The notes beneath the pieces were generated by a model. That model had not been told where the DNA came from, ran no database searches, and was given only the letters and a program-made list of their open reading frames with translations. From contig MU008227.1 of assembly GCA_010909165.1 (NCBI GenBank), positions 46,016 to 110,015 on the forward strand: a DNA stretch of 64,000 nucleotides. The letters run 5' to 3'. Source of the stretch: Anthoceros angustus. Its lineage: Eukaryota; Plantae; Anthocerotophyta. The position numbers and the translations under genes were made by a program. This document shows positions 24,666-36,235 of this stretch, piece by piece (position 1 is the stretch's first letter; the number at the start of each line of letters is the position of its first letter).

Positions 24666-27541
24666 ATGTTCAAGAAGCCTACCGAAGTGAAAGCGCAGCA
24701 AAGGATATCTGGGGCCGACCGAAAAAAGTTGCGGCGCAATGTGAAGGAAAGGTTCATGCAAGCCCAGGATGTGGATGTCGAACTTCTTCTGCCGACCAAG
24801 GTGATCATATCTGGACCTTATTGCTTTTGCCCACACTGAAACTGCTGAACATACGCGGCTGGTGCTGTCTCTCGCAGGCCGACGTGACCGTATCAAGGCT
24901 TGCCAACAAGGTACACGTATACGCAGTCGAGGGAGGACCTCCACTTCTATTCGATCTGGACGGTCGTGGGACCGACATCTTTCCAACAGGTGCCTTGTCC
25001 CTCTCGATGCACTTTTATCACCTGGTGCTGCTTGCTTGTCACATCCTTATTCCTCTGCAACTTGTATCTGTGTTGTTACCAAGTGCTCTGCTTTTAAGTA
25101 AGGGAAATCCATCAAAGCAGGCCAAAGCGCAGCACCGTTGTCTAACAGTGAAATGCACCCATTGCGTCTGTTGGCCGTTCAATGAGCAGTACTTCCTTGG
25201 AGGAGCTATGGTGGATTTTGGCTCTTCTTGCGCTTAGGGATTATTTCTTTGCTGTGTTGGAGGCAGTGTATGCGCTCTGGAAGGTTCCAACGCTCTTACC
25301 AGCGTTTCTGCTCAAGGGAGGAGAAGTCTCACGCTTTGTGCTGGGAGGCGCAGACCTCATGTTTCCCGGCATTTCTATTCCACCTGAGGGTCTGCCTCCC
25401 TTCAGAGCAGGAGAGCCATGGTCAATCAAGGTTCCGGGGAATGATTCTCCCATAGCGGTACGTACCGTAACCAGTGCGCCAAATTATGCATTGTCGTGTG
25501 TGTTTTTGAGATCGAGCATATTACTCTTCCGGACGCAGGTAGGTACCACTGTCATGAGCTGCACGGAAGCTGCAAAGGCAAACTTTCGTGGAAAGGCACT
25601 CCATGTGACCCATTATTATCGTGACACTCTTTGGTATGGTCCTTTGCTTGTTGATGCATAATTACGCTTACCACTTGATCTTAATGTGTCTCCACTTGTG
25701 ACATTGTTGTCATGGTGTCTTGCGGGAAGCATGGCATGCGTTTGATGGGCGAATCCTGCTTTGCAGGGACATAAGTGAAGGACGGCATGTCCCTAATTCT
25801 GGATTTTTTGAGGATGTAGTTCTTGAGGATCCTGCTCTTGCGATGTTGCAGTCCACGGTTGATGCCACTCTGACAGTTGAGGAAGGTGATACTAAAAAGG
25901 CAGTAGATTGTCTGACTGCTGAGCATGCGGGGGCTACTGATGGATGCCAGCCAGATATTGAAGGCCCAAGTACGACTGGAGACAATTTGCAACTGGGACT
26001 GAAAGGTTTGAAACTTAATGATGCAACTGAATCGGGTGGTGATCATCCTGGGACTGGAGGACCGGTGATCACTCTGGAAGAAATGGACTCTCTTCTGGAC
26101 AGATGTTTGCTTCAGGCTCTGCACACCTCTGTAAAGGACAGGGATCTACCTATGCCTGGGAGCACTCTTTGGTATATGTCACGTGTGATATGACTCCCTT
26201 TTCTGTGCCCTCAGCTGTCCCTTGTGCTCAAACTGTGATTCCTTGCGCTATCAGCCTGTTGTAAGGTTTCTGTTTAAGTGTAGGGATATGAACGAACAGT
26301 TCCATCTGAGGAGTCTGTCCTCTCTGTGCAGGTCTGGGCACATTTTGGTCTGCAGGCCACCGGGTACATTACTGGACATCAAGAAGTCTTCACACAAGAA
26401 GCTCTCTAAATGGCTTCACTCAAAGGCTGTACATGGGCTGGTGAGTCTTTTTGTGAAATTCTTGATCCAACTGCACAGGAGCCCAGAAATATTTCACTTC
26501 CTATTTCACTTTCACAGCCATTCGCCTGTCCATGGTCTTGGACCACTAGTACCTCCAAGAGATAGCTGTATATCACGAACTCTTCCTCTCTCCACTTGTC
26601 ATGCATGTGTCTTAGGGTTTTTACAGAAATAAGTTGTCAGGAACTATAATCTAGTTTCTGCTGTGGGTCCTAGATAACTGCAAAGGAGGATAAACATCGC
26701 AAAGAGATTCTGCTGCAAAGTGTCAACAGAGGCCACCCTGACTATCAAGCATTTTCTCCTGAGAAAAGAACTCTTCATGGGGAATCAGATGCCGCGCCCT
26801 CAGGTACCAATGATGGACAGCAAGGACAGGTTGTGTCACAGGTGGTGGAACTATGGAGACCTACACTGCATGTCACCCAGATATTTGAGGTCATTGGAGC
26901 TGACGTCAACAAATACTACACTGCATTGGAAGCTTCCGAAGTCATTTTCGCCTATGTACAAGCTGAAAATCTCGTGAAGCCAGGTGAACAAAACACAGTT
27001 GTCTTGAATGCGATATTATGCGACGCACTTTACAAGGGCACTGTGAAGAAGGGATCAACCTATCCTACGGAGATTGACAGGGAGAAATTGGCTAGAGCTT
27101 TTGTTGGTCGAATGCAAGCTAATTATAGAGTAGTAAGGGGGGCTGAATCAGTTGTAAGAAAGGGGACTCTGAAAAGTGTGCAAATCATGACAGAACGCAG
27201 ACAAGGGAACAAAAAGGTGACCCGTGTGTCGGGCATGGAGTCATTTTTGGTGGATGCGGATGTGCTTGCCACTGAGCTTCAAAAGAAGTTTGCATGCAGC
27301 ACTTCAGTTGCTGAACTGCCTGGTGAGCCTTAAGTGTCACTTGTTTTGTGTCGGGTCTTCGCTGGATCTTGGTGTACAGGGAACTAGTGATCTGTCTGAC
27401 ACACCTCTTTTTACAGGGAAGAAAGGGCAGAACGAAGTTCTCGTGCAGGGAGGTGTACTCGAGGACTTAGCAAAGCATCTGGTGCAGTACTATGGCATTC
27501 CTAAGACTCATATTGAGATTCTGGACAAGACGAAAAAGTAG
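24666..27541 (+). CDS. EIF2D: Eukaryotic translation initiation factor 2D (ligatin), multi-exon
   Basis: MFKKP...SGADRKKLRR N-terminus, PUA domain (GGADLMFPGI), DIKKSSHKKLSKWL, SWIB-like region, SUI1 domain (ERRQGNKKVTRVSG...LQKKFACSTSV...VQG). Confidence 0.93.
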
Positions 27542-27769
27542 CTAACTGCGGACTGTTTCTTGGAACAACAATTTAATTCTCGGAAATGAAATTGCCGGAC
27601 GTGGATTGGCATGATTTTTACACAAGGTGGCCTTAAGTAGTGTTGCAGCTTGATATGGTCGCTTGGCCGGCCGACAAACAGCCCCCTGTGCATGGTCTTG
27701 TTCACTGGAAAGACATTGTACGTACGTACACGTATACATGCACTATGTACCCAGATAGCCGACCATAAT

Positions 27770-27829
27770 CCTTCAAACGACTGACCTGACCTTCAAACGA
27801 CTGATCCAACCTTCAATCGACTGGTCTAC
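27770..27829. repeat. 3 x 20-bp imperfect tandem repeat (CCTTCAAACGACTGAxxxxx) just upstream of LIG6
   Basis: Seen directly. Confidence 0.8.
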
Positions 27830-27872
27830 TGCGACAATTGGTTCCATCAAACCTCAAAACTCATGCTCACTC

Positions 27873-30800
27873 ATGGCGGCGGCGCTCCAGTCGTCGGAGG
27901 TGTATCAACGCGTGTTGCACTCTGTACCGAGCAATAGTGGGTGTCGTGAATCTGTGCCCACCTTATGCTGCTTTCCCCCTGGGTTTCCGACGGTGAAGTG
28001 CATTCCCGGAACGCGCTTCATCGTCGACTCCTTTACATGGGCAGGACCCTGGTCTGTGTCCTACTTCCTCTCGCACTTCCACAGTGACCACTATAGAGGT
28101 ATCAGTCACACCTGGGACAAGGGGCTTATCTTCTGCTCACAGGTCACAGCGCGCCTCCTCACTGAATCTTCTAAAGTAGACCCCGCCTTCGTCATCCCTC
28201 TCCCTCTGAACACGCGCCTCACAATTGATGGCTGCCAAGTTCTGCTGCTTGACGCCAATCACTGCCCTGGAGCAGTCCAGATGCTCTTCACCGTTCCTGG
28301 ACCGAACTCTGAGTGCCATAGGTAATTCTTTGTCTCGGGCCCTTGAGTTTGTTCTCTACGCTCCCATCTCACACCCTTGGGCGTTTGGATGCTCAGGTAC
28401 GTTCACACGGGAGACATGAGGTTTTCTCCCTGCATGAAAACGGAGCCCGCCCTCTCCGAATATATCGGAGCAGATGCTGTATTTCTGGATACTACGTACT
28501 GCAACCCCAAATTCGCCTTCCCCTCCCAGCAGTCGTCTGTGGAGTACATAGTGGATGTGGTACATACTTTGATGCATGGGGTGTCGGCACCATCACTACC
28601 TGAATCTCAGCTAAGTGCCGTGGACCTGCAATACGCTGAAAGTGCGCGGGAGAAACGCCAGGCAGTAAAAGAAAAAAATGATTATCTTGAGCGTTCCGCT
28701 GTTGAAGGATCGGAATTGCCGCTTCTCATTAGCATCACAGCTCCTGCTGAAGGTGGTAAATGCCAGCGAGGCGCCAGTGCTCCTGTGCAGGACAATTTCT
28801 CTGGGCCTCCTCTCCACGGACAATCGTTTTTGATCCTCATTGCTACTTATGTTATCGGCAAAGAGAAGATTCTGACAGCGGTGGCCAATAGGTGCAATTG
28901 CAAGGTGTTTGTCGATGAGAAGAAGCTGGCACTTTTGAAATGCTTGGACTTAGAGGAGATGGATGTGTTCACTTGCGATCCGTCTGCCACTAGTATCCAT
29001 GTAGTTGGATGGAATCTGTTAGGTGATTCATGGCCGTATTTTAGGCCTAACTTCAGCAACATGGAAAAATATATGCAGGAAAGTGGGGTGAACCGGGTTA
29101 TTGGATTTATCCCCACAGGTTGGAACTATGAAGCCAAAAAGACGTCCTTTGATGTAAGGAGGAAAGGGCCTTTGGAGATACATCTGGTTCCCTACAGCGA
29201 GCATTCAAATTATGAGGAGCTTCGTGAGTACATCAGGTTTCTGAGGCCCAAAAGCATCATTCCTAACGTGGGGATAGGAGACAACGAAAGAACTGGGAAA
29301 GCAACTGCATCCATGCTCAAGCACTTTCGCAATCTTGTGGATGAGACAGCTAGTAAGCGATGCTTTCTCAAGGCTTTTGACAGTAAAAATAGTTATGGGC
29401 AAGAAAAGTCACTCTCTGAGACTCGTGGACAGCGTGAGATGGTAGAGGGCGCTCCTTGTTTGAAAGCAGCAGCTTGCCCTGAGTCAGAAAGGACACATGC
29501 AGTTGAGATCAGTCCTAAGGGAGAACCGGCACCAACATTTGCAGCTCCGTTGGCTGCCCTTGGACTCGGCTCAAGGAAAAAAAGAAGGGAGACTAAATTC
29601 GGAGAGAGAAAGAGTTGTGAATGGCAGGGAGGGACTGATCAGGACCATGGTGTCGGTCGTTGTATCCCCACATCTCAGAGTGTCAATGCCCCTCAAAATC
29701 TGATGAAGGCAAGCACACAAGGTCACTTAGATGGAGAAAGTTACAGATCTTCAGATGCACATCTGCCCTGTTTGCATGCTGTTGGTGCCTGTCCAGAGGG
29801 GGGAACTGGAGAGTCAAGTGGTGGGACAAACGCCCTGCTTGATCCTCTGGGTGCTGAGATAACCAGTGAAGCTAAGGAAGCACAGCTTATTTCCATACTT
29901 CCAGAGTGGGTTAGTAAGCCTCAGGTGCAGAGGTTGCTGGTTCAGGCCAACATGGATGTGAATGGTGCGTTAATTCGGTTTTTTGAGCAAGAAACCATGT
30001 ATGCGAAGGAGATCACTGCTCGGTCTCAGATGCAACATACAAGTAGCAAGGGTTCCTGCAAGTTGCAAAAACGAAAGGGTCGCCCTCCCAATCGACAGCA
30101 GGTGACCAAGAACATGAATGGTCTTGCCTTGTCTCACATTGTTTTTCCAGAAGCACCTGTGCAGGCATCTCAAACTACTTCCAGGAACATTCTCAGTCAT
30201 GTGTGGTCACCACAGCCTTTGGCAGCAAAGGTGCAGGTTGATGTATCTGCCAAGACATCCATAACCACAACAGGCATGGGGCTTCCAGGAAAGCTGAAGT
30301 CAGCAAGCACAACCATGCCTTCACAGAGCAAGAAAGCAGGTGCACAGCGTTCAATCCTGGACTTCTTTGGCGGGGCCTCAGGACCAACTGACCACTGTGT
30401 GGATGCCCTCCCTGCCCCAACAACTGAAGGACAGTGTCGGCCTTGTGTGAATGGCAAGGTACTGAGATCTGAAGGCTGGCAGCAGGACAAGGAACTGAAC
30501 AAAGAGATGAATCTGGTTGATGGTAGAAGTGTCTGGCAAACTGAGATTGAACACCTTGTATCGATGCTAGAAGGAAACGTCTCTGAAAGGGATGTGGAAG
30601 CGGTCGTCAGCAATGTGGATGGTGATGTAGCTAGGGCAGTTGAGATGGTGTGTAACCGTTCTGGTCAGCAAGTCCCCTATTCGCTGGAGAGAACTAGCTC
30701 GGTATCTGAGAGGACTTGCCACGAGCTGGAGGCAAGTTCAGAGGAGCCAATAAGTGCAGAGACCTCTTGGAAAGAGGAGTTCGAGCCAGTGAAACACATT

Positions 30801-33800
30801 ATGAAAGGATCAAATCCTCAACAGATGCAATTTTCTTGCCTTGATGCATCGATTGCAGCCCCCATCTCAAAGTACATTCCTGCAGTACATGGTAGTATAT
30901 AACGTTTGCACCTGTGAAAGCCCTGGAAATAGTGGCACAGTAGAGTGAGAATATTGTTTTCCGTGTTATGCCCATGTCAGAAGTCATTTCAAGGAATCCC
31001 AATACTTCCAAAAGTGTCACCTGCTTAGAGAAGATTTTTCTCATTAGTTGTACTGTAATGGCAGCTTGTTGGGAAAAAGACACTCCAGCACCATATCTGC
31101 ACTTGGCACGATCTTTTGACCTGATTGAGAAAGAAAGTGGACGACTGAAATCAACAGATATGCTATGCAACATGTTCCGAAGGTATGCCTTAAAACAACA
31201 ACGTTGGGCACATCTTATGTACAGCTCTTTTCACTTCATGGGCCCGTTGTCAAGCCATGGGACTGATAGTCTGCAATGCCTCATGGTCTTTTGGTGTTTT
31301 GTGCAGTTTGGTGGCCCTTTCTCCCAGTGATGTCCTTCCTGCAGCTTATCTGACCATAAATCGTATAAGTCCTGACTTTGAGAACAGAGTAAGCTTTCCA
31401 GAGCCATGTCTATTTTATCATTGGATCAGGCTTGCTACAGACTTTGTTGCTTGCATGAAAGTATCATCACCTCATTGTCGGTGAAGACTTGATCTTAAAG
31501 TGATGCACGATCTAGTGCATTTCGCCACCTTCTGCAGTGTCTTCAAGATTAAGGTTAGGCTTCCGGTTTTCAGGAAATGAGCATCGGGGCGAGCCTAATA
31601 CTAAAAGCTGTCTCAGAGGCAACCAGCACTCCTGTAGCAAAGCTTAAGCAGCTGTACAACTCACTGGGTGACCTTGGTATTGATGTCTACATCTTTGCTG
31701 CGTTGAGTTCCACTCCCCACAACGTCTGGAAGCTGATTTGCACCTCCTGAGGTTGATTTGATCTCCAGGTGACGTCGCTCAGGCTTGTCGGCAAACACAG
31801 TCAACTTTAAAGCTGCTGCCAACCCTTACAATCCACCAAGTCTTCTCAACTCTTCACCAGATCAGGTTAGATGATATTTGAGCATTTTGAGTATTGAGGG
31901 GCTTGTTTGAAGTCCTAAAACGCAGAAGTGATGGATAAGACAGATAAATCTTTGGCCGTTGAACTTCTTGATAAAACTTCGTCACCGCAGTGACACGTCA
32001 GGAAGTGGTAGTGCTGCACGCAAGAAGAATCTAGTGTTTAGTCTTCTTCGAGCTTGTCGAGAGAGCGAGACAAAGTTTATTGTTCGAACATTGGTATTTC
32101 CTTTACAGCACAAACGTTGATTGTAAATGTTTCTTGTTATGCTGTTGATCAACATCAGGTACCATACTTCGTCCCCATATAGTTTGTTTCACTGTCCTTG
32201 TGGGCAGCAGATAGCTGTAGGTGTCTGTGCCAACTTTGCAGGTCCAGAGCATGAGGATAGGAGCTACGCTCACGACTGTTTTGACAGCTTTAGCACATGC
32301 TGTCCTACTACATGGGTTTTCTCGTTCGAATCTTCTAGTAGAAGAATCTATCAACGATCTGAAGTGTCAACTTCAAGTAGGCCAGCATTTCTTACGGTGG
32401 CACGCAGAGTGAAGAGGATAGTACTTGTGGCTTAGATGTAGTAGCGAACCAAACTTAAAAGTAGTGGGGCTGCAAGTGGATCTGCACTTATCCTTTGACC
32501 ATTGCTTGACAGCATGCATCGGCTGCTTTACTGGAGGCGTATAATTTGTTCCCAAATCTTGTGAGTTTATGGCTTGTACTACCTGGTATTCCTACAAGGT
32601 GGTTGATATCCTGCTCCTGATGTATTGAGAGACCCTGCAGGATGTCTTGGTGCCCAGACTTCTGAGGGAAGGTATTGAGGCTCTCTCAAGCATTATTATG
32701 TGCCCAGGGACTCCTATAAGGCCAATGCTTGCAAAGTAAGCTCTTTGCAAAATCTGGTCTGCTGAAATCTGGTCATGCTGAAAGTAGTGTACTTTTCGTC
32801 GCCTATTATTTCTCATTGTTGCGAAATTCTTCCATGTGTTGGCAGGATAGCACATGGCATACCAGAAGTCCTCAAGCGCTTTCAAGGACAGGCCTTCACG
32901 TGTGAATACAAGTATGAAAACGGTACTAAGGTACTCATTCACTCTTTGAAGTCCACTTATGATGCCCTTATGTTTGCTACAAGTGCAGATATGATGGCCA
33001 ACGTGCGCAAATCCATTTGCAAGAAGATGGATCAATACGTATTTTCTCCCGAGATTCTGACGATACCACTTCAAGGTTTCCAGACATAGTCAGCATAGTG
33101 CAAGATGCAAGAAAGCCAGAAGCAGTGTCATTCATTTTGGATTCTGAGGTGCTGTATGTTTGTTTGGGTTCTGTCAGAGTTGCTGCTTACTTTATTTAAG
33201 TCTCTTGCTTTACAATGTTACAGATCTTGCTCTGTACTCAGATAGGAATCTTCCTTGGTATAGGTTGTTGCTATTGACAGGGATAACGGGAATAAACTAC
33301 TAGCTTTTCAGCATCTTAGTACTCGAGGAAGGGGAGGTAGAAATGGTGCTGTCATTGATGTATCGAGCATCAAGGTGTGGTAATAGTTTTCAGCAATTTA
33401 TATTTCCCTTTGGTTCTCTACATAGCGGTGCGGTTTGATGACAATGCAGACATCCGTTGTTTTGCAGGTGCAGGTCTGTGTCTTCATATTTGATATCATG
33501 TATGCAAATGGCACACCGTAAGTTCTGAGTGCATGTGTGCAGCCAACTCTGACAGCTTCTGAGCGTCTCACTGGCTGGCTAAGCTTATGTTGGTTTGTTT
33601 TCCTTTTCCAGGCTGGTGAAACTCTCTTTTCGAGAAAGGCAGAAATGCAAGTTTTCAAATCCTCCAGTTGTTTTTTGCCATCCCTTGACCTCCCACGCCC
33701 TGTCTTTCTGTGTGTTAGCAGACTGAAATTGTCACTTGGTTTCAGGGATGCACGATCTTCTTCCAAACATCAAGCGGGGGTGCATTGAATTCGCTCATGC

Positions 33801-34925
33801 AATAGAGGTAAGCACATAAACTGGGTCCTTTTCCGTGACCTGGTGTGCAGCCTTGATTTCTAATATCATTTACTGTGAGATTTCTAATAGCATTACTGTG
33901 AGAATTCACGGCTTTTAGATCGAAGGCAGTGAAGACGAATCAGTGGCAGCTAACAGGTTGGAAGCATTTTTGGAGGAGGCTTTTTCTCACTCGTGTGAAG
34001 GATTCATGGCCAAAGGTTTAGATGAAGATTCAGAGTATGCAGCTTCAAATCGCTCCGATCGATGGCTCAAGGTATTTGGAACCCTGCTATGTAAGTGTCT
34101 TTTTGCATCTGTCATCGTTTGTCCGCATGACTGACATGCTCCTGTGCAGGTGAAAAGAGACTACGTAGAAGGGCTACATGATACCCTTGACCTGGTACCC
34201 ATAGGGGCGTGGCATGGAAGTGGCCGCAAGGCTGGGTGGTGAGTTTGTTAAAATATGTCGAGTTTTGACAACCAGCACGGGGTAAGATGCCTCTTTCAAA
34301 AGGAGGAGAAGATAATCATTGACAGAACGTGGTTTGCAGGTACAGCCCTTTCTTGCTAGCATGCTACAACCCCCACAATGATGAATTTGAGAGCGTTTGT
34401 CGAGTCATGTCAGGTTTCAGTGACACATTTTATCGAGAGGTAGGTCTAAAGAACTGTCTACCCTTGTGTGACGATGAAGTCCAACGATGTTCTTATGATC
34501 ATGGGATTGGATGTCGTTTTGCAGGCAAAGGAGTTTTTCTCTGGGGAGCAGGTCCTCCCGAAAAAACCTCCGTATTACCGTACCCGGGATAAACCCGATG
34601 TCTGGTTCGCACCCAAGGTGGTTTGGGAGATCCTTGGTGCCGGTAATCTTTTGTGATCTGCTTTGGTCGTCTGTAGCCGTATACATGAGTGAAGAAGGTT
34701 CGTGGCTTCTAGCATGCGGGAACTACTGACATTCCTCTTCTGGCAGATCTTACCTTATCGCCTGTACATGACGCAGCGTTTGGCCTGGTACATGAGTCTC
34801 GCGGTATTTCGATGCGTTTTCCTCGATTCATTTCTGTTAGGATTGACAAGATTGCGGAATGTGCAAATTCTCCTTCCGACATTGTTGATATTTTCCATAA
34901 ACAAACACGCAAGCTTCAAGTCTGA
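27873..34925 (+). CDS. LIG6: DNA ligase 6 (plant-specific SNM1-type metallo-beta-lactamase/beta-CASP nuclease fused to ATP-dependent ligase), multi-exon
   Basis: HFHSDHY, DANHCPGA, YVHTGDMR, VFLDTTYC and VPYSEHS nuclease motifs. Ligase DBD (PYLHLARSFDLIEKESG), PMLAK, EYK/YDGQRAQIH, CEGFMAK, WLKVKRDY, RFPRF. Stop at 34923-34925. Confidence 0.95.
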
Positions 34926-35626
34926 ATAGACTGCTTTGAACGAGTATTTGGTGATGGATGTAGCAAAGTACGGATCGAAGTCCTTCTCAGCCTTCGATCC
35001 TTGCAGTAACGGCACTGATGAAATAAGGTAGAAAAATGAACAATTGAAAGAGGTAAAAAAATTAAGTTAGTAGCTGCCCTGTTAAGAAGATGCATGTGTT
35101 GCATGCTTTGTTAGAGAGGAATTGCTACGGTCACAACTTAAGAGCTGCCTAGAGAGGACTCTTAGTGATCCGTGGTATGTAAGAATTCATAGATTTAACA
35201 GCTGCCTAGTTGAGGTCAGGCTGCGGGATATATAAGGGCTAGAGCAAGGGCTTTGAGGAACACGTTTCTCACTCTTTGAGAGAGCAGGCAAGTGTGCGCT
35301 GCAAGTGTTGTGTTGAGAGAGCTGTGGAGAGCTAGCTAGTGAACTTGTCATGGAATCAAGTAAGTGGCCTGCGAGTCGTCAGTGGACGGCGGGCTACTTG
35401 GAGCCTAGTACTGTGTCGCGAGGTTGAGAGCGCTGAGAATCATGCAAGTCTCTTGTGGAGTGAATTGGCTAGGTCCTAGACCGCTGGGAAGCCAGCACTT
35501 GTCGCTTCCTTATTGGCTGCGCAGTGAGGGGTGTCACTCTTGCCGAGTATTTCCGGACCTTCTCATTGTGTTATGCTAATCAATGACGTGCTTTCCAAAG
35601 CATGTGGACTCCACCACCTAACCATC

Positions 35627-35796
35627 GTCCAGGTCTATATGTCGATAGGCCTTTCTTGACGTCCGGGTCTTTATGTCAATAGGCCTTTCTTGACGTCCAG
35701 GTCTATATGTCAATAGGCCTTTCTTGACGTCCAGGTCTATATGTCAATAGGCCTTTCTTGACGTCCAGGTCTATATGTCCATAGGCCTTTCTTGAC
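35627..35796. repeat. Minisatellite, 5 x 34 bp (GTCCAGGTCTATATGTCAATAGGCCTTTCTTGAC)
   Basis: Five contiguous near-identical units with no spacers. Confidence 0.95.
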
Positions 35797-36235
35797 CCCA
35801 TGAAGGTCAAGCTGTTTTCGGAATTATCCCAAAATTGAATCATTATCGTCTTTGTAATTCGTAGAATTTTGATGGTTGCCTCAAAATTCTCGAGCTTTGT
35901 ACTAGATGATAGTCCACGGTGCGGCACTCGCCCTCATTGAATCGCTTTTGCAAGGTGACGTGCACAGAGGCGACCGTCGGCTTCCATTCTATCGTGGGGT
36001 TTCTTTGTGCGGTGAATATTGTAGTCTAGTTTGCTTGCAGTTTTCACTCATACCGATTGCTTCACCATACAATTGATGCGGCATACCGTGGGAAACCCAT
36101 GAACCAAAAACTAGGCCCTCCGGCCTTCATTACACCCCGGATTCCAATTTTAGGTCAAAATCAATCTCACTAAGGCTTGTTCAAGTTTCAAGCTCTATTA
36201 AATAATGTCACACGCTGAAAAGTTCTTATTAAATT

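Noticed and set aside
24455-25237. 260-aa ORF as an independent gene
   Set aside because: It reads through the eIF2D 5' region, an exon and introns.
32900-33010. Apparent loss of the ligase active site (EYKYENG in the ORF track)
   Set aside because: An intron splits the Lys codon; splicing restores EYKYDGQRAQIH.
35627-35796. CRISPR-like array (34-bp repeats)
   Set aside because: Units are contiguous with no spacers, there are no cas genes, and the context is eukaryotic.
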